Of a DNA stretch of 64,000 nucleotides, positions 11,371 to 24,646 are shown in pieces (the first letter of the stretch is position 1; the number at the start of each line of letters is the position of its first letter). Under the pieces are notes generated by a model that saw only the letters and a list, made by a program, of their open reading frames with translations, was not told where the DNA came from and did no database searches. Made by a program: the position numbers and the translations under genes. This DNA comes from Fistulifera solaris (Eukaryota): NCBI GenBank assembly GCA_030295235.1, contig AP026127.1:434001-498000 (forward strand). The letters run 5' to 3'.

Positions 11371-13669
11371 TTGTGCGAGTGTCCATCACAGCGCCGGTAC
11401 GTCTTCAGCCTCGGTGTCATTTTTTCGCTCGCGATGAACAACGACACAAAAATTATCGAACAGAAACGATGCTTCTCTTGTGATTCTATCATGAGTTCTA
11501 TGCAGTTTCCCCCCGAAGACTTGACACAAGATCGCCTCGAGCAATGGTGGGCATTGCCGATGGACCGACAGCGGTTTGTGTGGGCCTTGCAAACCGAGAC
11601 GCGCGTGCGAGCCCACAAAGTGAAGCAACGTGACATTACGCACACCTTGCAATCCAATCTACTGTTCGACATTTATTTGCCGCCGGATGCACAGTTGAAG
11701 AATTCTGGATGCTCGAATTCCGAAACGTCACATTTCGTTATATTCTCAAAAAGTCAATGCGACGGTCTTTGGAAATCTACAACAAGCCAGAACACCCGAT
11801 GCTACCTTGGCGACGACCGTTGGTTCGCTCGATTTGACACCATCGTTCGAGCCAGAGGCTTCCGCGCCACTGGTCCCTCCGAACCTGTTGTTCTTTGAGC
11901 TGCTGTTAGAAGCGTACTGCGGATATTCTATGACCGGATTGTTTCATTCACTCGATCCGGATCGGCCCCGCGCTGCCATGATGGGAGGAGCTGTGGTGGC
12001 GGTGTTTCGATCGTGGAGCCACGTGCAAGACCTGCCGGAATGGGAACAGCTCGACTAGTTCTTCCAGGCATCGCACGATGGTTCCTACGAAACGATTCTG
12101 ACACAATTGAATAAACAATTGCAAAACTACTTTTACGACAAGAAGAAAGACAATTCACCGTTTCGAACGGGCGATGTGGATATCTTTTTACAACCCTTTC
12201 CGTTGACCCGATCCTTGGTGTCGCATTTGGTGCAACTGGGTTTCAAGGATTCAGTGCTGCAACATATTTCCGATTTCGCGGAGGCTTTGCGTTCGGTGAT
12301 CTCGAACGCATGGCGACGAAATTGTGTGCCGATCGAATTGTACCGGCCTTTGAGGACATTGGACCGCTCATTTATTCGGTGACCCAAAGAGGTTTGTCGT
12401 TTGCCTTGTCGTACGACTTCGAAAATTGCTCGCATTCGTATTCCTACCTAGAGCAAGCCAAATGGCCCCGCAATACGCAACTCATTATGCTTCACGAACG
12501 GGCAGATCTGCTCGGGGCGCTGTTGGATTTTGATATCAGTGTCGCGGCATTCGCGTACGATGGTGTGCAGGTGCGGGGTGCTCCGCGTGCGGTCTTGTCG
12601 CTTCTCACCCATGCGTTGGTCGTCACGCCCTTTGTCCTCGCCGAGAAACGCAACCGGCAGCGGATTGTTAAGGTACGGCTTTGTGGTGACAAGCTTGATT
12701 GTACGTTTTACTGCTTCTCACAATTTCCGCTGGTAGTACTGCAAAAGAGGATTTCGTTCTTATATGCTGGACCCCTACTGTAGCCATGACAAGCAATGTC
12801 CTCATGAAGCTATTCAAAGTGCGGTCAAAGAGGGAGCTCCGGTAAACCCCAGTGAAGAATATCCTGGGTTAGAGATGGAATGGAAAAGCCGGTATTTGGA
12901 TCGCGATAACACACGGGAAGATCCTGTCAATTACTACGATCGGAGAACCAGTGTTTGTGAATGCTTGTACAGCAAAGACACGAAAGACATTGAAACGGGC
13001 GAATACGAATGGGACAAAATGTTCAAGTACACCTTTGGAGTAGTGGCCAAAACGGAGGAACATTTGTTTGACTTTCTCACAAAGAAGAACCAGTGGACGC
13101 CGGAGCACCAAAGATTCGTCCGATCGATTCATCCAATGGCTCGCAAGATTTGTCGACATTGCCGAGAAGCCTATACGGATTATATTGTGCTCGGGCGTGG
13201 TCCCTCCGATTTCGCCGACTCGATCGATGAATTACTACACGGAGAAATGAGTTTTCGGCGCGCTGGCTTTTATTCAGGTGGTGCCTTTGATAGTACCCGA
13301 GTGCGGGATGATGCTCGCAGCACAAATGAGTACCTTTCGCTGTTAAGGGCTCAGGAAATTGCCGAAGAGACCAAGTATCTGATTCGTCACGGATCGAACG
13401 GAAATTATAAACCACGTTTTGCCTATGGGGACGATCTAGAGACTCTCCTGGAAAAAGCTGCTTCAATAAGTTTCGCGGAACCTAATCGACGGCCGCTGGG
13501 TTTGAACCCCGAACGTTTCATGGCGGATTGCGAAAAATGTCAAAAGGAAATGCCCGGACGAGAGTACGGAACCAAGCTCTGCGTAGACTGTGAAAGTCGA
13601 ATGCGATCGACCGAGGACCGTAAACCTTCGGGTCACAAGCGGCCCCGTACGGAGCAAGATGTTTCTTGA
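11371..13669 (+). CDS. Pol-beta-superfamily nucleotidyltransferase-like protein, possibly pseudogenised
   Basis: MMGGAVVA ... GDVDIFL ... LLDFDISVAAFAYDG ... RIVKYCKRGF (across intron 12673-12736). C-terminal CxxC pairs. In-frame TAG at 12056-12058 and frameshifts. Start uncertain. Confidence 0.6.
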
Positions 13670-13953
13670 GTTTTTTTAGAAACGATGAGAGATCTCTAGT
13701 CGACGTTAATATTGATCCTTTTAAAGTACATATGATTATATCCAATACTCTAGAAAATGCTTTCCTCGGCACGTGCTAAACCTTAAGTCGACGATCGGGG
13801 TTGTAGTGAACGGCGATAACCAAACAAGCGAACGAACGGATGTACGTATCGTCACTACTTAACCTCCCCGATTACGATTGTCGCTCGCTCCTCTCACGTA
13901 AGATCTGTATCTAATTGCACATTGTTTTCATTACGCGACCATAGATGCTCGAC

Positions 13954-14725
13954 TTACACTGCCACATCGTCGTCGTTCGATGAACTATTCCCATCATCGA
14001 CATTGTGTTGACTACCATTCCGTTCACTCTCAACATCGGACGCGTTAACACTCTCCCGTTCCTCCATCCTTCTTGTTTCCGACTGTTCCAATTCTGCCGC
14101 TGTCTTTACAAATTCCTCACAATCTCCTCTCATTTGTAAAATACGATGTTCTTTGTCTTGTAACTGCAACACGGTCCGTCTCATTCGTTCACAACTCGCG
14201 AGAATCACTTTGTGCGTTTCAATGATACTCGTTAGCGCGTCTTCATCCGCTTGCCATTTTTCCAGACGTCTTTGTAAAGCCGCCTCGGCTTGTTGGAATT
14301 CTGTTGCCGTCATTTGACTTTGTTGTTCTAGATCGTCGGACTTTTTCTTCGTCAATATTCGTAACCTTCGTAATCCGTGCAAGACGCTCTTCTTCGGCTC
14401 GCCAATGATCCCGCTGTTCGTCCAAGGCTTTCCGATATTGTTGAATTCGAATCCCCAAGAATTGTTCCCGTTCTTGTATCGTTTGTAACTGTTCGGTGGA
14501 CTGCCGCAATTTTTCTTGCACCTCGCGCAATTCCTCGTCGTCCTGCAATTCTTCCTGCACCGCATCCGACAAGGATTGCCGGATGTGGGGATCCAAATGT
14601 CGGGCTTGCGACGACGACGATTTTCCGGTAATGCGATTCCAAATGTTCATCATGGTATTGTGCATACGATTCGTTGTGCGGAATAATCGTTTTGGGTTTA
14701 CTTTTGTGTTCGCATCCATTATCAT
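13954..14725 (-). CDS. Coiled-coil hypothetical protein
   Basis: Two overlapping E/Q/L-rich heptad ORFs (14243-14725, 13954-14565) joined at an A-run near 14342-14346. Confidence 0.65.
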
Positions 14726-15100
14726 ATCACGCTCGCATCCTTCGTGACAAAAATGAAAGCCGCGTTAGTTATTGGGGAAGAGGGTAGCGGCTAAATACAA
14801 CACGTGATATAACCGTTGAAAGATATAATACGGTTTGTACCTGTTAAGAAATGTTTCCGTTGGCAAAGACACCAAAGAGGTGCAGCGTGCAGCCGCTTTT
14901 ATTCTTCGGATACTCGACGAATGTGAATAAAAGAAATGAAGAAATCATTATTTCCTATTCCTACGCTGGCGACCGATGCATTTTGAAGCGTAAATGCGCC
15001 ATCAACTTTCCTTTTCACACGACAAATTCAGCATTATTCGAGTACTCAACCGTGGTCCACCATCTGGGAGACACAGCCATTACAACCAACTAACTACACA

Positions 15101-15891
15101 ATGGGCGATTATCGAGCGACCGACGAGGACGGCCTCATGCACGTGCAATGCGACAGCTGGGCCTTGACGGATTTTGGACAGGTCGGAACTCGTTCTCGGG
15201 ATGGCAGTCTTCATGCGACGGATGAAGTCTTCAATGCGGCGTCGCATTTGGCCGCGACACTGTTTTCGATTTTGGGGACCGTCCTTTTAGTGGCGGAATC
15301 CTCGTCGACGCAATTGCTGGACGATGGCACGGAATTACCACCGAATGTGTGGAAAATTGTCAGTTTCTCCATCTACGGAGCCTCCCTCATCTTTTTGTTT
15401 GGCTGTAGTACGATTCATCACGCCGTCGTGGGACCGATGGAAGGGTTCTTTCGCAAAATGGATTATTTGGCCATTTATCCCCTCATTGGGGGTACCTTCA
15501 CGCCCCTCTGTTTGGTGTATTATCACGACAACGTCATTGGTTGGGCCTTCTGTGCGACGGTATGGGGGATTGCTGCCGCAGGAATGATCGCGACGGCGTG
15601 TTGGTTTGACAAAATACCCAAATGGTGGTCCATGACCATGTACATTACCTTGGGATGGTTGGGCGCCGGTATGACGCATTGGTTGATACCCAAACTGGGA
15701 TGGAGTGGTTTTGGTCTCTTTTTGTGGGGAGGTTGCCTTTATACGGCCGGGGGTACGTGTACACGATGGAAACGCCCAATCCGATGCCGGGACGCTTTGG
15801 GTTTCACGAAATCTGGCATTTGGCCGTCGTGTTGGCGGCTTTGACACACTGGATGCTCATGTACAATTATGTGCTAGTCGCGGAGGTATGA
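15101..15891 (+). CDS. Hemolysin III / PAQR family membrane protein
   Basis: DEVFNAASH, STIHH, RKMDYLAIYPLIGGTFTP, YITLGW and FGFHEIWHLAV. About 7 hydrophobic segments. Frameshift at a G-run near 15750. Confidence 0.9.
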
Positions 15892-16520
15892 AACACTCGT
15901 GTGTGCTGGCTGCATTCGGTGCAAGATGGGATTCCTAATACGTTGGGAATTGACCCAACGTTGCTGTATGACGAATGAACAATCGACGACGTTCCTTGAG
16001 AATTAGGTAGCAGCTTTTGCTATTGACTGTCAGAGAAACAACCGATTGAAGATTAGACTACACTAAGTCTAACGACGGAACATGTAATGGAAAGGATCTT
16101 CACAGACTTTTAAAATACGAACTCCGTATTTCGTTTCGAATCAGTTGTTGTAACAATAGAACGTGCAAGCTGAATAGTCCCCTTCCATCAAGTGGACCAA
16201 TTAGATTTAGATGACTTCTTCGCTATCATATGTTCCTCGATGATAAATGTGAAACAAGGTAATGTTTATTCAGGATCAGTACCAGTACAGCATAATATGG
16301 TAGACATCGTATTCCCCGGGACTGTATTTGATATTTAGTCGCGAACGAGACTACAGTATTCCTTATAGTAACCCTCCATGGACGAACGCGGCCATGCGAT
16401 GAATGAATATCGATGACAAAAATGCATCCATCCACAGCATAACATTGATCGGCTGCTGCTGCTGTTTAATCTATGAATTTATTTTACGCTTTTAAACACA
16501 TTCAACACTCGAAATACAGC

Positions 16521-17645
16521 ATGATTCTTCGACGCGTCTGGCGTAGCAACTGCACACGACGACCCTTTTCCAGTTTTCCTTACGATCGCTATCCGCTGGA
16601 TGCACCGGGTTGCAACGTCCCTCGCAACATTGCCGAACGCGTCGGCACGAATTTGCATCGTCAACCGCAGCATCCGCTCGGAATCTTGCAACGACAGATT
16701 CTGGAATTTTGGCAGCCGCACGGCTTTGACCTATATGATCAATTGTCGCCGATTGTGTCGACGACAAACAATTTCGATGCCTTGCGCATTCCCTCCGATC
16801 ACGTCAGTCGAAGTCCTTCCGATACCTATTATCTCAATGCGGATACAGTCTTACGAACGCACACGTCGGCGCATCAACATGAATTGCTGCGGGCGGGTCA
16901 CCATCGATTTTTAGTGAGCGGAGATGTCTATCGACGCGACGAAATTGATCGATCGCATTATCCCATCTTTCATCAAATGGAAGGTGTCAAACTCTTTGCG
17001 CCGCACGAACAAAATAGTATTGAAAGTGAATTGAAGGAATCGTTGGAACAACTGGCCGAACATTTGTTTGGACCTGACATTACGAAACGATGGATCGATA
17101 CGTACTTTCCGTTCACGGAACCCAGTTTCGAACTCGAAATCTTGTTTGAAGGAGAATGGTTGGAAGTTTTGGGTTGTGGTGTCATTCATCCCGAAGTTTT
17201 GGAAAAGACCGGACGTGGTGACGAAATGGGATACGCGTTTGGGTTGGGTTTGGAGCGATTGGCCATGGTACTCTTTCAAATTCCCGACATTCGACTCTTT
17301 TGGACGCACGATGAACGCTTCCATCGACAATTTGCGTCGGGTGAAATTGTTCAGTTTGAACCGTATTCCAAATTCCCACCGTGTTACAAAGATATTAGTT
17401 TTTGGTTGGAATCCGCCTTTCATGTCAATGATCTGAATGAAATTGTACGCGATGTAGCGGGTGACCTGGTCGAACGGGTATGGTTGATGGACGACTTTGT
17501 GCACCCGAAAACGGGAAAAACGTCACATTGCTATCGGATTGCCTACCGATCTATGGACCGCAGTCTCACCAATGAAGAGATTGATGATTTACAAGAAATT
17601 GTAAGGAACCGTGTCGTCGATGATTTAGGAGTAATATTACGATGA
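16521..17645 (+). CDS. FARS2: Organellar (mitochondrial-type, monomeric) phenylalanine-tRNA ligase
   Basis: [44 protein letters not shown] and [15 protein letters not shown]-terminal FDX-ACB domain (DISFW...[19 protein letters not shown]). Arg-rich presequence. Confidence 0.93.
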   Translation: MILRRVWRSNCTRRPFSSFPYDRYPLDAPGCNVPRNIAERVGTNLHRQPQHPLGILQRQILEFWQPHGFDLYDQLSPIVSTTNNFDALRIPSDHVSRSPSDTYYLNADTVLRTHTSAHQHELLRAGHHRFLVSGDVYRRDEIDRSHYPIFHQMEGVKLFAPHEQNSIESELKESLEQLAEHLFGPDITKRWIDTYFPFTEPSFELEILFEGEWLEVLGCGVIHPEVLEKTGRGDEMGYAFGLGLERLAMVLFQIPDIRLFWTHDERFHRQFASGEIVQFEPYSKFPPCYKDISFWLESAFHVNDLNEIVRDVAGDLVERVWLMDDFVHPKTGKTSHCYRIAYRSMDRSLTNEEIDDLQEIVRNRVVDDLGVILR

Positions 17646-17731
17646 CCATGTACTATAAAACAAATTACTAAAACCTAAAGTTAACAAATTGTGCCGTCAA
17701 TCAAGCGGCCTGCATGATAGATATTCGATTC

Positions 17732-20700
17732 TCATATCAAGTGCCCGAACACGCAGCGAAAACCGAGTGCGACTTCCGAAGGGGTATGAAAGTCTTTGAT
17801 CGGTTTGTTGCCATTTATGCTATTGAATCGTTGCACTCCGTCTCGCAACAGACGGTCGAACATGGGAAGAGGGGTCCCAATCGCGCACCAATAGTGATAC
17901 CCCTTGCAGGATTTCATGGTAGCTGGGAAGAAGGTATGAAACGCGGTCGCGCACTGGTATTTGGCAAGATACAGAACGGTTCGGTAAAGGTCCAGTTCTA
18001 CGGTCAAAGATAGGGCAGATGCGTCGGATGCGGGTGCGACCTCGGCACCCTCATAATCAATACTTTCGACTATTGATACATCTCCCACACGGTCGTACTC
18101 TTGATGACGACGTTGGTTGCACTGTACAACTGCATCGACCACGGGTCTAAAATCACGTTTGTCGCACGCTTCAACAAGGGCGACAAGAATTCTTGAGAGA
18201 TCAGGATGGTCCCATACCGACGAATAGTAGCCTTGTAAGTTGAATCTGGACAGTAGTTGGCTTTCATCGAACTCAGAACTTAATTCGTTCTGCTCTGGCG
18301 ACTGATGATGCGCGGTATTATCACTGAAAAATGGAGCGAGAACTTTCGCTGCACTCCAGCAACCACGTTCTGCCACCGCACGATCCCATGCGGCAACTGC
18401 ACAGTAATGTATTTTTGACAAGCTCCCTTCCGCACTGATGGCCAACGGGAATGGGAGTGAAAATCTCGCGCAAAACCACCAAAAATTATAGAACACTTCA
18501 GGATCAAGCTCGCGCATTCTCTCTCGGTGCAAGACGTCTTCCCCATAATCTTCGATGTATTGTTCAAGAGACAAGCGCAACGTTGCTGGGCTGATGTACG
18601 CAACGTAGGACACACCATCGTCGTCGTGGTGCGACTGTACAGATGGAGACAACTGCGGTGGGATATCCTGAAAGTCGGCTATATACGGTGGCGAAGGCTG
18701 GTAGATAGGTGTTTCCAACTGCTTTGCCTGAGCGAAAGTTATTTCCTTGTATCCGAGCATTGGTAAAAGCATAGTTCGACATCGAGGGCATGCGATTGAG
18801 CCTGGGATCTCATGTTCTCCACCGACGATGTCCCAACCAGCTTGGACTTCTTCTTCCAGCGGTATGTAGCTACAACTTGTGCAGCCTCGAGTTCGAGACC
18901 AAAGAGCAACAAAACGAAACTCGCCGTCATCCTCTTCATCTCTAATATTTGAAAGAGGAGCAAACGATGTTGAATAGTTGACTGGAAGCCAGCTGCGGCC
19001 CCCGCTGTGTTTCCTCTTATCGACATCGTCATTCACACTTTTTGGATTTTCAGCAGAACCACGCTGTCGCCATCTGCGACCGTGATCTTCAAGATGCACG
19101 AGACTCGGATCTAAAGACTCCATATCAAGTGTAGCGCGATGTTCCTGGGTACCAAAACTCACTCGCCCTACTTTACTGCCGGATTCCGTCACCTCTACTC
19201 CAGGAAAATCTTCTTCTTTTCATTGTTTATAGATCTCTTCGAATAGCCTTCGGCCAGGGCTTTTGTGTACTGCCCAAGGGTAACGGCACTTGGAAAAATG
19301 CCGTCGGAACGTAAAAGACCGAAAAGCTTCACTAGTTCGACCCTTCGATCGCTTCTGTTTCGACCACAAGCTACCATCAGCGCTCTATAAGCCGCTTCGT
19401 CCGGGACGATACGTTGCTTGCTCCTTAGCAGCCGAAGTGCGCCAAGAGCGCGGAGTAAATACCGCGATCGTTGTTCGTGTGATAAATGATCCTGTGAGAC
19501 TAGGGTCGGTATACACAAGAGCCAAGAGCCTAGGAGGTGAGAGCCCATTAGTTTTGGTAGCTGCCATAGACAACGACGCTGGGCTTGATAGCCGTGCTGA
19601 GAGGTTGCCAGTCGCCGCCTTCTATTTGCCTCCTCTAGCTCGCGCTCACTTCGTGCGAGAAGCGGAGTAGTCGTCTTTGGAATCTCCACAAAATATGAGT
19701 CTGGTTCCCGAGGAAGAAATAACGCTGCGTCGAACTTGTGAGGGAAGCATGGGTTGCCTTCAACACAATACAAGTACTGTTTTCCATATGGTAAGCCGTC
19801 TCGGCATGGTAATGTAATCAAATCGCCTTCCTGATTCGAGGCGAGCTCCGATAGATGAATTATAGACAAATCGTGTGAACCTTTGGAAAGATTCAGATAC
19901 GAGTCACCATCGCTAGCTTCAAAGCTTTTCCCTGTACTAAACGAATCGAGAGTGTGTGAAAGGCCTGCAGATTGATCCACCAACAAGCTATAGAGCATGT
20001 GAGGCGGGCCCGAGGAAGATTCGCACAGCTCTGCATCACCTCCCAATCTTCCGTACGGAACTGCGGATGCATGATATTCAGACAGCGATTCATCAAAAAA
20101 GCAGGCAGTGGATGTCACTGGCTTCTGTTCGTTTTTGTATAAAGGATTGAAACAATTGCGTTGAAACAAGGCAGTTCAAATAAGGAGAAAAATCCTGTGG
20201 GACTGATGCCAGATACCCTTTTGCATCAAACCACTCGTTTCCGCTGACAAGAAAGTCAGCATCCGGTACAACCAAGTACCTCTCGTATCCGCCCAGAACT
20301 GCACAAAAGAAACGAAGAAAAGTGTCCCGGACTGCTCGATCATCTAAAGGCTCACGAGTTGCCGAAGTGGTTATTTCCGCGTCTACAACAGGGTACCGCA
20401 AAGAAACACCAAACGACTCATCATATTGCGAATCAAGTGGCTCTTGTCCATCTGCTATTCCTGCATCGCGACAAAGAGCCTCAAGCTCAGAGACCAGTGC
20501 GGACCGCGGTACCGCTGGAATGACGTCCCATGCTTTTGTTAGCACATCAAAGCGGTCTCCATCGCATAAAATCTCGCCCTTATCAAGATCAACGACGATG
20601 CTTTCTTCCGGACATGTCCTTCTGATCTTTGCGGCCAGTCCATGTGATTCTCCGTCATCGTGAATGCCAACAAAGATCGCGCCCGGGAAATCAAGCGACG

Positions 20701-23110
20701 ATTTGAATGGTTCGGTCAGCCGTGGTACATATGGTGCACACAACTCAAAGGGAAACAAAAGGGATTTGAGAAGCTCACACACGTCGAGGACGAGTGAAGA
20801 CCGAGTCGACATTACGATGAGCTTCCTTTCAAGTGCCAGCAAACTCAGTACGATCATGGCCACCGTCTTTATTTCAAGACATGCGAAAAGGCGGTGATAG
20901 GGTAGATCAACAACAGGAAAATCTTTTTCAGGTGGCCGAAATAATATCATTGGTTCCGATAGAGCAGTCAGCGGCACAACTACGCTAGGGCCGCCTGGTC
21001 TTGGAAGGGGAACTGTAAGAAGAAGGTGCGAAATGAGTCGCTCCAGTGGTAAATCTGAAGCAGTCCCCGCCAATAGGTGCATGTTCAAAAGAAATTTTCG
21101 AAAAGCTGTCCAAAAAGGAAACCGACTTACAAGACAGATGGTTTTGTTTTCAAAGGTTATCATGTCGTCGAAAGAAGTCAACAAAAGATTGTTTTCTGGC
21201 GCCCGTAAATGTCTTCTTGCAGCTTCACCTTTTCCGATACTTATTCCGCGATTTTCACAAAACTGTTTATGGGAAAGAGAATACATCGCCCGTTGAGAGG
21301 ACATCTCATCAAGCTGGGATTCTTTCTCCGGTGTCAAAGGCTCCATGAATGAGACGCAGGACACGTAGATGCTATCTCCACGTTCGTTTTTCACAACAAA
21401 GCCGTAATATTGCGGCACAGGCTCATCACTTAATTTCGCACGATGAAGTCGGCATCCTGTTGGATAGCAGAACATGGGAAGCTCCTCCTCCGGTAATGGC
21501 AAATTTTTGTAATTTTGGGGAGGAAAGCGTCCAAGCACACGCGTGGCGAAAGCGATGTCGGCAAAACCAAATGCAATGTTCTTTCGAGCTAACAACGAAA
21601 CCGACCCGAGGCCCGGTCTGTGCAGTGAATCATCTAAAAGCGACTTGCTAGTTGTGTCACCCACATCTTGACCGACCGGTAGCCAGTCACTCTTTCCGAG
21701 TGGTTGAAAAGTCCCATCCTCCTCATCCTCATCTTCGGTATCGTGCGGCATCACTGGACCGTTCTGATCCAAAAACGTAACAGCTAAATCGACAATAGCA
21801 GCATCTTCATGGTATCGTTCTTCGTCACCCGTTCTTTGACGGCGAATGGCCAAGGCCGGAATGTAAAAATAGTGTCGATCATCTCCACGAACTTGGTCGT
21901 CTTTGAGTACTTGCGGAAACAAAAATGTAGAATCGGAACCGTGTCCTCCCGAATCATCTATCGAGGTCACCACTTCGAATCCGGAACCCGACGTGGGAGT
22001 TCCCGACGACGACACCGATTGGTCGTCGGCATTGGTGCGATGTCGGGACGCAAAGAACACTGCCGTAGGTGCCTGACTCCTGGGAGTCGCCGCAATGGAA
22101 TGCGGATCACGGATCCACTGATATTCATGGGGAATCACCCATTCCTCGAATCCATCCGGCAATGATATATAATCTCTGACATTTACCAACTGCAATTCTT
22201 TGTCCGTCGGAGGAAATTGGGTCTGCGATTGATATCGTTCCAAGACTTGTCCCGCCAACCCAGCCAAGCGCGAGATCCCGAGGGCATTCGTCGGCCGCGT
22301 ACTGGAGTGGATGCGTATGTAACACAGTTTCAGATCCGCAATTGCGCGTCGAACATCTGTTGAATCATGATTGGAAATCGACTGCCGCCTTCGGCGATAA
22401 GCAAGATAAAAGCGATGCGATTCGGTTGTTTCCATCGGTCGTGCAATCGGAATGTTCGTCAGATGTTTGAATTGATTCAGTGTTGACTCTACTTTGCGCC
22501 GCAATCCAGTCAAGGGCTTGTTCGGCTTGGGTTGTGTCGGTGAACCCATCAATCGTTCCGATACGTGTGAGCTCAATCCATTCACAAAATCCAAATTGGC
22601 ATCCCAGACCGTTCCTTTCTTCCATACCATGGGCCCTTCAAAGGGACTATTAATTCCATTGATCCTCGTGTCGCGTGCCGCATAGACCGGTGTCGCCGAC
22701 GGCAACGTCTTTTCCAGAACGACCCAACCATCGTCGGTACGATGCGATGACGAAAGAGCGATCGGTGCATTCGATGATGCCGTAAAGGAAGTGGTTGCCT
22801 CGGAGTGTGACGGAGACGGCGGAATTGTCGCATTGAAGAGCGGGCGCTGCGCTCGCGAGGAAGAATCGTCAACAGAAAGGTCCTGACTCGGTGTCGTTGT
22901 CAAAAAGGACTCGTCGTCGGTCACAACAATATTTACGTCAACAATTTCTCGCTCGAATCGTTGCTGATGTTCTTCCTGTTCCTCTTCCAAAGCCGTGCCT
23001 TCTTCCTGTTGTTTTTGCTGGTGTTTCCACGTCAAACGATCCCCGACACCCAAGACGGCAAAGTAATCCGCCACACCTGTCCGGGCGGCCGTTTCCTCCG
23101 CTAATGTCAT
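17732..23110 (-). CDS. Large DENN-domain Rab GEF, DENND4-like (uDENN-DENN-dDENN plus PPR-like repeats)
   Basis: VADYFAVLG, RFPPQNY...LPMFCYPTG, TICLVSRFPFW, LERKLIVMS, LLFPFE...YVPRL, STQLFQSFI. PPR-like PDEAAYRALMVACG...GIFPSAVTLGQY. Three ORFs joined by homopolymer indels near 20095 and 19215. Confidence 0.88.
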
Positions 23111-23247
23111 GTCATTAATAAAAATGAATCAGAGAGAGCATTTAAAAAGAAAAGGTAAGCATGTTGTTGCAAAGAGAAAGGAATGCAAATAATAAACAGC
23201 AATGATTCAATGCAAAATAATAATGCAATGCGAAAAATCATTGCAGA

Positions 23248-23305
23248 TCATGACTGAATTCCAGTCATGGCAAACACGGACAACACTTTAGGGCTATAGT
23301 GAAAT
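23248..23305 (-). repeat. Solo copy of the dispersed repeat core upstream of the DENN gene
   Basis: Reverse complement ATTTCACTATAGCCCTAAAGTGTTGTCCGTGTTTGCCATGACTGGAATTCAGTCATGA. Perfect CATGACTG-N5-CAGTCATG inverted repeat. Confidence 0.8.
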
Positions 23306-23467
23306 CTGGGACCTATATGTTTCGGAGGTAATAAACGAGGAACGTTGGCTAGTCTAACGTCGAGCTCCAAAGCACGTTAATTGTCAGGCGTCCATCTGAA
23401 TGCAACGACCTCTCTTGAACTCCATTATCACATATAACAATACAAGACATTTGATATGAAGGAAAGG

Positions 23468-24254
23468 CAGGTTTGACAGCTTCCGTGATTATCAGTCAGT
23501 GGACATGGGCCGCTACGCTTCTGCAATCTTCCAACGTCGCTTGGGCGTACGGTGTCTCGGGACCTTTCTGGTACGCCAGTGGTGCCACCATCCAAGTTCT
23601 TTTGTTCGGTGTTTTGGCCATTAACCTCAAAAAGGTAAGTTGTTTACGTTAAAGACACTCGGTTCGTCACATTTGCATACACATAATGCGGCATATCTAA
23701 CACAAATTCATTCACTTGAATTGCAGGTAGCGCCATCTTCCCACACGGTCGCGGAGATTGTGAATGCTCGATGGGGACGCACGGCGCATTTGACATTCCT
23801 CTTCTTTTGCTTCTGCGCGAACATTATTGTGACATCGATGCTTTTGCTCGGTGGTGCCGCCACCGTGGAAGCCTTGACCGGTATGGATTACCGTCTGGCT
23901 TCCTTCTTGATTCCGTGGGGTATTATTCTCTACACGGCCTCGGGTGGTCTCCAAGCTACCTTCTTGGCCAGTTACCTTCACACCATGATCATCTTCGCCG
24001 TCCTCATTTCGATGGTTTTCCTGGTTTATGTGAAAGAATATAGCAGTGACATCATTTACGATTTCTTGAAGGCGACGGTGGAGCGTGACACTGCGTTCTG
24101 CGAGGATTACTTTTTGACGCCACGAAGAACGAAACGTTCTTTGCACCTGGCAAATATGCATGTGGCCCTGTCTCTGGAAACAAGGATGGCTCATTCTTGA
24201 CTATGTTGTCCAGTGATGGTCTCATGTTTGGTTTGATTAACATTGTCGGGAACT
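23468..24254 (+). pseudogene. Partial inverted duplicate (787 bp) of the DUR3 urea transporter
   Basis: Near-identical reverse complement of 31979-32765. Retains intron 23635-23726. Lacks the start and the 3' half. Confidence 0.95.
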
Positions 24255-24646
24255 CATTTTATTACTGTTGCAAATACGCATCATACATCAACTTGTTATT
24301 TCGATCAGCAGGCGATAATCGCACCTTTTTTTGTGCACGTGAAAACAAAGCTTTCCCAGATTTTCTGGAGCGTGAATATACTACGTACCTCACCAACAGA
24401 ATTTCCGGATCTTGAAAGGGTGCACAGGTTTTCTTAGGACAGAAGACACATTCGCAGTTTTTCTGTGAACGTAAAAGACCATAGTACCAGGTACCCTGGT
24501 AACCACACGAAACAATAATAATACTCCGTGCGATCGAAGAAGCATACTCCGTAATAATTAATAGCGATCTGATCAGCTTTTGTTGTCGTAGCTTTTACTC
24601 CTACGACACGCCTTACCCTTTAAAACTTATAAACAAAAATAAATTT

